Positions 48,601-56,863 are shown, counted from the stretch's first letter. The stretch: 64,000 bases of DNA from Bacteroidales bacterium (GCA_046542995.1 JBKHAH010000003.1:15566-79565); one strand, 5' to 3'. Notes: generated by a model from the letters alone, not told the origin. Program-made: numbers and translations.

Positions 48601-48984
48601 TTAACTAAGAGTATAGCTTATCTGCTCAAAAGGAACATCAACAATATCTGCATACTCTTCACCGGCCTCCTGCATATCTTCGTCATCCTCAGGGTAGTAC
48701 CAGTTAATCAGAACTTCCTTCCCATCCTCATGCATCTCTTCGAGCTTCATAAGAATATCCAGGAGTAGCTTTGAACTGGCAGTATTAAAGTACACCAGCT
48801 TAAATGAGAAGATGGTTTTTGCATTTGGGCTTGCAGCGTACTCATCGAGCCAGTTTAGTATTGGGTCGTAAAAAGCCGTGACATCCTCCGGTAACGAACG
48901 ACCAGATATTTCGAAAATGTCATTCTCTGCATCCAAAATTACGGTTGGGGTATCGTCAGTACCCAAAATCTTTATGGTCTCCAT
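48601..48984 (-). CDS. SiaC-like regulatory phosphoprotein (DUF1987)
   Basis: 127 aa. ILGTDDTPTVILDAENDIFEISGRSLPED...FYDPILNWLDEY and YFNT(68)ASSK match the DUF1987/SiaC pattern. Confidence 0.8.
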   Translation of the reverse strand: METIKILGTDDTPTVILDAENDIFEISGRSLPEDVTAFYDPILNWLDEYAASPNAKTIFSFKLVYFNTASSKLLLDILMKLEEMHEDGKEVLINWYYPEDDEDMQEAGEEYADIVDVPFEQISYTLS

Positions 48985-48995
48985 AAGTCAATTGT

Positions 48996-49571
48996 TTACT
49001 CGTTTCTGGTGATTGTAGATGTTAAAATAAAAAAGTGTGTCTCCTCGTCAATAGGCAGGAAGTGGTATTCCAGGTTTCGACCGGTTTTTCTGGCAATATC
49101 GATAAAGCCTAAACCTGCGCCTCCTTTCTCCGAGAGCCTTCCTTCTCTCATTTGCGTTTTGTAAAGCTCCTTAAGCCCATTTTTATCAAGGGTATTAATG
49201 TGATCGAGGATTTTTGTGAGCTCCTCAATCTTGGAGTTTTCAATTACGTTGCCCGTGGTAACGTGATACTCAATTTCGCCCTTGCTCACCATGAATATCC
49301 CTCGGCCTGCAAACAGGAAGTCGTCTGACCCGAAGCTGTCGGCATGCTTACTGATGTTCTGAAGGCACTCTACCATAACATGGAATACCTTCTTTTGCAC
49401 CTGGTTCGACTCCTCCTCTTTTGCCATATTGGACTCCGTGAGGGAAGTGAAGGCCTTGGTGATTTGATGGGTAATCTCACCCTCATACACCAGAGTGATT
49501 TCATGAGCTTTCATCGACTTGTAAAAGTCGTAAACAAACTCAAGAAAACCTTTAACATTTCTTTTATCCAT
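48996..49571 (-). CDS. SiaB-like Ser/Thr protein kinase (GHKL/anti-sigma-kinase fold)
   Basis: 191 aa. C-terminal G-box GGAGLGFIDIARKTG. 11 nt upstream of the DUF1987 gene and 38 nt downstream of the PP2C gene. Confidence 0.7.
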   Translation of the reverse strand: MDKRNVKGFLEFVYDFYKSMKAHEITLVYEGEITHQITKAFTSLTESNMAKEEESNQVQKKVFHVMVECLQNISKHADSFGSDDFLFAGRGIFMVSKGEIEYHVTTGNVIENSKIEELTKILDHINTLDKNGLKELYKTQMREGRLSEKGGAGLGFIDIARKTGRNLEYHFLPIDEETHFFILTSTITRNE

Positions 49572-49609
49572 AGCCTGTAAAATTAAATAATTTACCGATA
49601 ATAAACAAT

Positions 49610-52246
49610 TTAGAATTCAATTCCTATAGTGAGAACATCGTCAATCTGCTTGTTATCTCCCATGTACTCTTCAAAGTCTTTAGAAAATAAATCGTTAAAT
49701 TTTGGCATTGTTAGTTCCTGATTCTCTACTATTAGCTCTCTGATGCGTACTGGTCTGTATTTTCTCTTGTCTTCACCTCCAATTTGGTCGGGCATGCCAT
49801 CGGAGAAGAAGAATATCTTATCGCCCTGCTTAATATCAATCTGGTAGTTGGTGAAATCTTTCTCTGGCTTTTTGGGATGTGGTATTCCACCTATGGCTTT
49901 CCTGTCGCCCTTGTACTCGTGTAGTTCCTTGTCTCTAAGCAGGTAAAGCGGCCTGTGAGCCCCAGAATACTGCAGTTCCTTCTTTTTTAGGTTAATTTTA
50001 CAGAGTGCAATATCCATGCCATCGCGAGCATCGGCATCTATCCGATCTTGCTTTAGCGTTTTTCTTACGTTATGATGGAGTTCATCAAGTATCTTCGATG
50101 CGGAGTAGCTAACATCGTGGTCAACTACGTTGTTTAGAATGAAGTAGCCTATAAACGATAGCAGTGCGCCAGGAACACCGTGGCCTGTACAGTCAACTGC
50201 TGCAATATATACATAGTCTTCCTTAACGAAGAACCATGGGAAATCTCCACTTACTACATCTCTTGGTTTGTAGTATATGAATGATTTGGGCAGGTACTGG
50301 CGAATAGTTCTGTTGTTAGGTAGAATTGAGGTTTGGATACGCTGCGCGTAGTTGATACTTTCGGTAATTTTTCGGTTCTTATCCTGAATCTCCTGCTCAA
50401 TTCTTTTTGCATCGGTAATATCATGACCAACAAAAAGTATGGTCTCCAGTTCGTTTTCGTTAAACTCAGGTATGGCAGATATATGCATTATCGTGTCGCC
50501 AACTTTTGAGGAGAAGGTAAGATCATCTTCAACATTGCTCTTACTGGTTTTAATGCTTTTTATGGTTTCTTTAAGGAACGATGCCAGAACTTCGTTCAGT
50601 TCAACCGAGTTTAGCGTTTGGTTAATTAGCTCCTTAACTGGTATGCCAAGATACTTCTCAACCATTGGGTTTGCATAAAAGAACTGACCGCTGGTGTTGA
50701 GGCGCATAATCATATCGGGTGAGTTCTCTGATAGTGCCTGCATCTTACTACGCATACGCTCTTCCTTCTCAGCTCTCTTGCGCTCCGTAATATCTTGTGA
50801 GTTAAGAATAATCCCATTTATTGCAGGGTCATCAAGTAGGTTGCGCCCTGTTACCTCAAGAAACAGCTTGGTACCATCCTTCTTCATAAAGGTGTACTGG
50901 ATGGTAATGGGTATTCTGGGCGAGTCGAGCAGTTTTTGGAACATGCCGTTAAGTTCCTGCTCTCCTTTGCGGGTAAGACGATCAATATCTTTTCCGCTCA
51001 TCATCTCATCGGGTGTGTATCCGAGTATTTTAGTTACCGATGGGCTTATGTAGGTTAATTTAAGGCTGCTGCTATATATTGAAATAATTTCAGATGCGTT
51101 TTCAAGCAGTGAATGGATTCGTTTCTGGGCATTTTCAACCTCCTGAATTTTTGATTCCAGCTGAATGTTTGATTTTTCAAGCTCTTCGTGTGTGGCCCTC
51201 ATCTCCTCAGCATTCTGCCTTAGCTCCTCCTCGTTCTCTTTTAGTTCCTGAGTCATTTGCTGAGCTTCATGAAGGAGCTGCTCAGTTTTTTGATTTATGC
51301 GGAGGTTAAATATGGTGCGAGCAATAATCTCGCCCATTTCTCTTAGGAAACGAATGGTTAGCTCTGGTATACTATCTTCAAGCGAGGCAAACTCAATTAC
51401 ACCTTGCAGCTTCTCATCGGTAATGAGTGGTACTATTAGTAGGGTCTTGGGTTTTTTATCGCCAAGTATTCCTGATGTGATGGAAACATAGTCCTCGGGA
51501 ATTTCTGTGCGGTACACAATATCCCTTTCGTAGGCGCATTGGCCTATTAAGCCTTGCCCAATCTTAAACTCTTGATTTATATACTTCTTTCGATTGTATG
51601 CGTAGGTTGCGAGGTTGGTTAGTTTCTCCTTGTCGTCATCATAAATGTATAGGGCTCCTTGTATAATGTTGATGTAGTTTATAAGCTTAACAAGCACTTC
51701 GTAGGATAGTTCTCCAATATTGTTGTGCAGTCGTAGTATGTATGAAACTTCATCTTTCCCTTTTGTAATCCAGCTTTGTTCAGACTCTTTCTTGTTGTTT
51801 TCTAGGAGGTTGTCGCGCATTACAAGTAGCGATTTACCCAGAATATCGTCTTCGTCGCTTATTTGAAAAGGAGCGTTGTAGTTGCCTTCGCCAATTGTTT
51901 TTGCGAAAAGGGCATTCTTGTTAATATCCTGATCTCTTTGGGTTATTTCATCCTCAAGAAACGACACCTTCTCTTGATGCTTTTTAAGGCTTAAATATGT
52001 GATGTAACCAAAAAGAATGGGGAGTATGTCAATAATCCATAAGGCCGGGTTGGTTACGTGGAGCTTTGCTACTCCGGAAATGGATAATGCAATTCCATGC
52101 GCAGAGAGTTCCAGTGCCCATGCAATAATAACTATTAGCAAACCAACCGTAGCGGCTATAATAACCTTCTGGGTTACGGCCTTGTTGATTATATCCGGTG
52201 ATGTTTTACTATGGGTTATCATACTATTCCTTTGTACTGTTGCCAA
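49610..52246 (-). CDS. Membrane-anchored GAF - coiled coil - PAS - PAS - PP2C (SpoIIE-type) protein phosphatase (SiaA-analogous)
   Basis: 878 aa. Two N-terminal TM helices. GAF with ITSGILGDKKPKTLLIVPL. Two PAS blocks. C-terminal PP2C motifs VSGDF, VDCTGHGVPGALLS, DGMDIAL, FSDGMPDQ, DDVLTIGIEF. An alternative start MITHSK at 52222 would leave 1 nt after the upstream stop. Confidence 0.85.
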   Translation of the reverse strand: MATVQRNSMITHSKTSPDIINKAVTQKVIIAATVGLLIVIIAWALELSAHGIALSISGVAKLHVTNPALWIIDILPILFGYITYLSLKKHQEKVSFLEDEITQRDQDINKNALFAKTIGEGNYNAPFQISDEDDILGKSLLVMRDNLLENNKKESEQSWITKGKDEVSYILRLHNNIGELSYEVLVKLINYINIIQGALYIYDDDKEKLTNLATYAYNRKKYINQEFKIGQGLIGQCAYERDIVYRTEIPEDYVSITSGILGDKKPKTLLIVPLITDEKLQGVIEFASLEDSIPELTIRFLREMGEIIARTIFNLRINQKTEQLLHEAQQMTQELKENEEELRQNAEEMRATHEELEKSNIQLESKIQEVENAQKRIHSLLENASEIISIYSSSLKLTYISPSVTKILGYTPDEMMSGKDIDRLTRKGEQELNGMFQKLLDSPRIPITIQYTFMKKDGTKLFLEVTGRNLLDDPAINGIILNSQDITERKRAEKEERMRSKMQALSENSPDMIMRLNTSGQFFYANPMVEKYLGIPVKELINQTLNSVELNEVLASFLKETIKSIKTSKSNVEDDLTFSSKVGDTIMHISAIPEFNENELETILFVGHDITDAKRIEQEIQDKNRKITESINYAQRIQTSILPNNRTIRQYLPKSFIYYKPRDVVSGDFPWFFVKEDYVYIAAVDCTGHGVPGALLSFIGYFILNNVVDHDVSYSASKILDELHHNVRKTLKQDRIDADARDGMDIALCKINLKKKELQYSGAHRPLYLLRDKELHEYKGDRKAIGGIPHPKKPEKDFTNYQIDIKQGDKIFFFSDGMPDQIGGEDKRKYRPVRIRELIVENQELTMPKFNDLFSKDFEEYMGDNKQIDDVLTIGIEF

Positions 52247-53027
52247 TTGTTAAAAGATGTTCTGTGAAAAACTGACCCAATGCCTCAAATACTTTTACGT
52301 TGTCCTTCTCAAAGGGTTTAAACGATGCCAATTCTAGTACGCCTTCACACTCGTTGCTGGAGTTTAAAAAAGGTACCAGAAGAAGATGATTGGGTGACCC
52401 TTCTCCAAGACCTGAAACTATGGTTATGTAGTCATCAGGGACATCAGAGAGATTTAGGGTTGTCTTATTTTTTGCTACCTGTCCAGGAAGAGTTTCTCCT
52501 TCAGCAAAGTTTTTTGGTGTTTCTTCGGAAAAGAAAGCGTATGACGCTAAGAAGGAGAATTCTGAATTGTTGGGTTCTTTTTTAAAGAATACGCCCTGAA
52601 CTATATCGTGTTCTTTTGCAATATTGGAGAGCATTTTTTCTGTAAAGACCTCAAGGTCTTCAAAATCATCTGATGGGATTAACTTTTCTGCCTCTGCCTT
52701 GTAATTAATCTCCTGTTTTGTAGAATCTTTTTTCTTCTCACCGTTTTTAGTATCCTGTTTTTTCTGATTCTCTTGAATGCTCTTTTTTAGCTGCTCAAGC
52801 TGCTGCTTGTTACTATTTGAAGCATTAATGGCTGTTATAATGATTTGAAAAAAAAGTATGCCAATAGCAGCAGATGCAACTAGCAAAATGATAGCCAAAA
52901 CTGGTATTTTTGTTTGGTACTGTGCCAGTTGATTTTGTAGGCTAAAAAAAACACCTGATACGCTTATAATCAGCAGAACCAAAAGGATGCCGTAACTAAG
53001 TCTGGAATTGTTGGAGAAGAATCTCAT
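52224..53027 (-). CDS. Membrane-anchored GAF-only protein
   Basis: 267 aa. Two TM helices, K/Q/E linker, and a GAF paralogous to the two flanking sensors (VPDDYITIVSGLGEGSPNHLLLVPF...GVLELASF). Confidence 0.7.
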   Translation of the reverse strand: MRFFSNNSRLSYGILLVLLIISVSGVFFSLQNQLAQYQTKIPVLAIILLVASAAIGILFFQIIITAINASNSNKQQLEQLKKSIQENQKKQDTKNGEKKKDSTKQEINYKAEAEKLIPSDDFEDLEVFTEKMLSNIAKEHDIVQGVFFKKEPNNSEFSFLASYAFFSEETPKNFAEGETLPGQVAKNKTTLNLSDVPDDYITIVSGLGEGSPNHLLLVPFLNSSNECEGVLELASFKPFEKDNVKVFEALGQFFTEHLLTIGNSTKE

Positions 53028-53039
53028 AAGGCACCAAAT

Positions 53040-53606
53040 TTATTGATTTTGTTTTATGCTTTGAAGAAAACGAATAATTTCATCGGTTTTATATACGTAA
53101 TCAACCTTAGTAAGTTTAAGCGATGATTCTGTCATGGTCTTTACCTGACATTCACTAGGATCCTGAACAATGGTTTTTCCGTTGTAATCTTTTATTCTCT
53201 TTAACCCATAAGCTCCATCTTTATTAGCTCCAGATAAAATAATGCCAATGAGTTTTTCACGGTAAACCTGAGCGGCAGTTGTAAAAGCTAAATCAATTGA
53301 TGGCCTGGAATGGTTAACTGGCGGCTCGGTTGAGAGCGCTATCTTGTTTCCAAGCTCAATAAACATATGATAGTTTGCTGGAGCAAGGTATGCTTTGCCT
53401 GGTTTTATCTGGTCTTTATCATAAGGTTCAATTACGGGTATGGCTGATTTAATTGAAAGCGCCTCTACAAATCCGCTTCTAACATGTTTTAACCTATGAA
53501 GGTTAAGAAGCACAGGTAGTGGAAAGTTCTTTGGCAAAGAACTAAGTATTCTGGTAATTACTTGAAAACTACCAGCCGAACCACCTATTATAACCGCTTT
53601 ATACAT
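53040..53606 (-). CDS. cheB: CheB-type protein-glutamate methylesterase/glutaminase, catalytic domain only (no receiver domain)
   Basis: Ser (IIGGSAGS), His (LNLHRLKH) and Asp (LSGANKDGA) triad contexts present. Start set at MYKAVIIGG; longest ORF reaches 53651 and overlaps cheR. Confidence 0.85.
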   Translation of the reverse strand: MYKAVIIGGSAGSFQVITRILSSLPKNFPLPVLLNLHRLKHVRSGFVEALSIKSAIPVIEPYDKDQIKPGKAYLAPANYHMFIELGNKIALSTEPPVNHSRPSIDLAFTTAAQVYREKLIGIILSGANKDGAYGLKRIKDYNGKTIVQDPSECQVKTMTESSLKLTKVDYVYKTDEIIRFLQSIKQNQ

Positions 53607-53613
53607 TATCTGA

Positions 53614-54444
53614 TTAACCTGTTTTTTTCTTGTAAATTTTTTCACCGTCATTTACTACGGTAAACTTATCGCTACAATTTGTGTTTTCTAAAGTCTCTTT
53701 GGCTCCCAGTACCATAAAACCTCCTGGCGATAAACTCTCGTGAACTGATTTAATGGCTTTATCTTGTAATATAGTATTAAAATAAATAATTTGATTTCTG
53801 AACAGTGCAAGTTTTATGCTTGATGGGGCGTTGTTGTAAAGCGTATCTTGCTTAATAAATTTCACATCTTTTATAAGATCCTTGTCTAATATAATGAATC
53901 CATTATCATCGTATGAGTAGTAATTAGAATATTTGCCTTCACACTTGGTTCTGTCATAGTTGGCTTCGTTTACCTCAAGTTGCCTTGCATCAATTTTGCC
54001 CTCCTGTATTTTCTTAATTGTTTCGTCGCTAAAAACAGAAACAAAGATACTAAAGTGTTCGAGTAAATTCATCTCTTTGAGAAGAATGCATAACGAGAAG
54101 AGCTCTTCGCCTGAATCGAAGGAGGCTACCCAAATTTTTGGTTTAGAGGTGCTTTTGCTTATTATTGGTATAATATCATCATATAAGGCACGCCAGAGCG
54201 ATGGGTCTCGGAACATTTCTGTGGTTTCAGGGGTAATGTCCTTGAGAAACTGCTCAAAGAATGATTTGTTGCTTTGTAACCTTGAGATAAGAACTTCGGA
54301 GTCTTTAAGACCATTTTTAGTTATTATATCCTCAAGCCTACGTTTAAAAGAGGTGAGCGCATAGTCTCTAAAGTCATAGCCGTATGTTTCCAGCAATGCT
54401 TTTATAATGTTCCTTGTTTCTACTATGCCAATTTCGTAACCCAT
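53614..54444 (-). CDS. CheR-like methyltransferase, divergent paralog
   Basis: CheR_N region and TEMFRD motif present. The SAM-binding motif reads IWVASFDSGEE instead of the canonical IWSAGCSTGEE. Confidence 0.8.
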   Translation of the reverse strand: MGYEIGIVETRNIIKALLETYGYDFRDYALTSFKRRLEDIITKNGLKDSEVLISRLQSNKSFFEQFLKDITPETTEMFRDPSLWRALYDDIIPIISKSTSKPKIWVASFDSGEELFSLCILLKEMNLLEHFSIFVSVFSDETIKKIQEGKIDARQLEVNEANYDRTKCEGKYSNYYSYDDNGFIILDKDLIKDVKFIKQDTLYNNAPSSIKLALFRNQIIYFNTILQDKAIKSVHESLSPGGFMVLGAKETLENTNCSDKFTVVNDGEKIYKKKTG

Positions 54445-54458
54445 GTTAATTATAAGGC

Positions 54459-56840
54459 TTATTTGTTTTTACGCAGTTGATTCATTAACTCGTCAATCTG
54501 CTTTTGTAGCATTAGCTCCTTCTCTTTGCTTTCAGTTATGTTTATACCTAGGTTGATTATTTTAACAACCTTTCCTGATTTATCACGTATTGGCGTGTAT
54601 TGTTCCGATATCCATACAGTTTTGCCTTTTACGTTTAGGGAGAAGTCTCTTTTTTCAATATTGCCTTCCAGAATGCTGTTCCAGAATTTTTTATACTTTT
54701 CAGGTTTTGTTTTTGCTTCAAAATCAAGTTCATGATGCAGCTTCCCTTCAATCTTGTCTTTGCTATCGCCCAGAGTTTCTACGTTCTTATTGTTTATGAA
54801 TAGTATTTCTCCTTCTGGGCTTATTTCAGTAACAAGGCATGTATTATCAAGGGCCTGAAGTAGCGCGGCGATTTCCTCTTCTTGTTGTTTTGTGATTTTT
54901 TGCTCTTCTTGGAGTTTAATTAAATTCTGCTCTATCTCTTCGGCTTGCTGCCTCGCTTTAAGCTCAATATTTTTGGAGTCTGTTATGTCCTGTCCGAGAT
55001 AGAATATTTTGTAAAGCTCGTTATTTTCATCAAAGGCTGGTGTAATGCTTGCCAGGGTATAAAACTCCTCGTTATATTTATTCAGCCATTTTAATGTACC
55101 CTTAAACGTTTCTCCTTTGGTAATCGTGTTCCAGGCCTCATTGAATGTTGTAGTATCATCAGGATGAATAAACTCTTTTATTGTTAGCTCTTCAATACTG
55201 TCCTTAGTGTGTCCAAATTTTTCAAGGAAGTTTAGGTTTGCAAACTGGAAGTTGCCCGATTCAGAGAGTTCACAGAAAAGGAGTGCTTCGTTAATTGCAG
55301 AAGTAATGCCCTCCATTTCAATTGTCTTACGTGCCATCTCTTCCTGTGTAGCTTGCATCTCTTCCATGTTTTGCCTCATCTCCTCTTCTTGTGCCGCCAT
55401 CTCTTCTCTTTGTTGTTGCGATTGCTCAAGAAGTTGTGTTGTACGAATGCTGTTTTTAACCGCTGATAACGTTGAGGCTATGTTTTCACCAATCTTTTCA
55501 ACAAATTCAATTTCATGTTGAGAGAGGTTGTTGAAGGATGCTAATTCGATTACACCAAAAACTTTTTCTTCCAACTTTAGAGGAACTATCAGCAGGGTGC
55601 GAGGAGGAGCTTCTCCTAACCCGGATGTTATTTCAATATAATCTTCAGGAATTTCTTTTAGGTAAATGGTTTGCTTCTCAACAGCACAATTACCAACAAG
55701 CCCTTCGCCAAACAGAATTGTTTTTTTCTTTGATTTTTTCCGGTTGTATGCAAAGGTTGATAGAAGTTCGAGTTCGTGTTCGTTATCTTCGTTTTCATTA
55801 ACGATAAACAGTCCGCCTTGGTTCGCATTAAGGTAGTTGACCAGTTCCTGAGTTACATTATCCGACAGGGCTTCAAGCTCATCATTATTTTGCCTTAAAA
55901 TGTCGCCAAATTTTGCCAGGCCGGAGTTTACCCAGTTTCTGCGTTGGTCCTCCTGCTTGCGTTCTTGCTCTTCCAACGAGGCTTTCTTCAGATTAGCTCG
56001 CATGCTTAATAATGAGTTTCCTAAAGCATCATTTGGCCCTAAAGGAGCATATTCAGTATTGAGGTTATTTTGCCCAATCTGCGTGGCAAATTCCGCTGTT
56101 CTGCTCAACCCCGCAATAAGCTTGTTAAGGGATGAGGCTATTTGCCCTACCTCATCGTTCGTACTATGTTGTATTTTTTGGGGAGTGTCCCCTTCTGCCA
56201 TTCTTGTGAGGCTCGAATTAATTTTTGAAATGGTTTTTATAACGGGGCGAAGTGCGTAATTAATTGCAATGGCAGACAAAGTTATACCAGCAAAAATTAT
56301 TAACAATAAAATTATTCTATTAGTCTTTAGGTCCTCTGTTATTTCCGAGAAGTTAACCGGGATTGCAATAAATGCATCATAAGAGTCTATCTTTTTAAAA
56401 TAAACAATAATTTTGTGTCTTTCATTCCTAACCTCCTGATAATATTCGAAAAACCCTTCTTTGTTTGGGTCAGCAAACACTCTGTTTAACCTTTCGGTTG
56501 GGTACTTTTGACCCTCACGGTATAAATGGATTAGGTAGTTACCCTCTTTACTTACCAGAAACGGGTAATCAGTTGAATAAAAGGCGGGCTTATTGAAGTA
56601 ATTCTTAAGCTGAGCATAGTCTTGATGCGAGAAGCCGTCAGGAGTTTGCTTGTCAATTTCAGTAATAATATCTGAAATCTTTTGCAAATAAACCTCCATT
56701 TGCGTTTGCGTGGTATTGAGCAAGCGTTTTAGGCTGAAACTATAAACCGTGAAAGCAGCCGCGCTAAATAAGAGCACGAGAAGCGTAGTTACTACAAGTA
56801 GTATTCTGTGCTTTATTTTAATGTTATTTAAAAACTTCAT
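54459..56840 (-). CDS. Sensor protein: TM - Cache-like periplasmic domain - TM - HAMP - GAF - coiled coil - PAS - coiled coil - PAS, no recognisable output domain
   Basis: 793 aa. HAMP (LRPVIKTISKINSSLTRMAEGD...NDEVGQIASSLNKLIAGL), GAF (ITSGLGEAPPRTLLIVPL), two PAS blocks. Ends without a kinase, phosphatase, GGDEF or MCP-signalling domain. Confidence 0.8.
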   Translation of the reverse strand: MKFLNNIKIKHRILLVVTTLLVLLFSAAAFTVYSFSLKRLLNTTQTQMEVYLQKISDIITEIDKQTPDGFSHQDYAQLKNYFNKPAFYSTDYPFLVSKEGNYLIHLYREGQKYPTERLNRVFADPNKEGFFEYYQEVRNERHKIIVYFKKIDSYDAFIAIPVNFSEITEDLKTNRIILLLIIFAGITLSAIAINYALRPVIKTISKINSSLTRMAEGDTPQKIQHSTNDEVGQIASSLNKLIAGLSRTAEFATQIGQNNLNTEYAPLGPNDALGNSLLSMRANLKKASLEEQERKQEDQRRNWVNSGLAKFGDILRQNNDELEALSDNVTQELVNYLNANQGGLFIVNENEDNEHELELLSTFAYNRKKSKKKTILFGEGLVGNCAVEKQTIYLKEIPEDYIEITSGLGEAPPRTLLIVPLKLEEKVFGVIELASFNNLSQHEIEFVEKIGENIASTLSAVKNSIRTTQLLEQSQQQREEMAAQEEEMRQNMEEMQATQEEMARKTIEMEGITSAINEALLFCELSESGNFQFANLNFLEKFGHTKDSIEELTIKEFIHPDDTTTFNEAWNTITKGETFKGTLKWLNKYNEEFYTLASITPAFDENNELYKIFYLGQDITDSKNIELKARQQAEEIEQNLIKLQEEQKITKQQEEEIAALLQALDNTCLVTEISPEGEILFINNKNVETLGDSKDKIEGKLHHELDFEAKTKPEKYKKFWNSILEGNIEKRDFSLNVKGKTVWISEQYTPIRDKSGKVVKIINLGINITESKEKELMLQKQIDELMNQLRKNK

Positions 56841-56863
56841 GGTTTTTATTATAACTTGCTATA

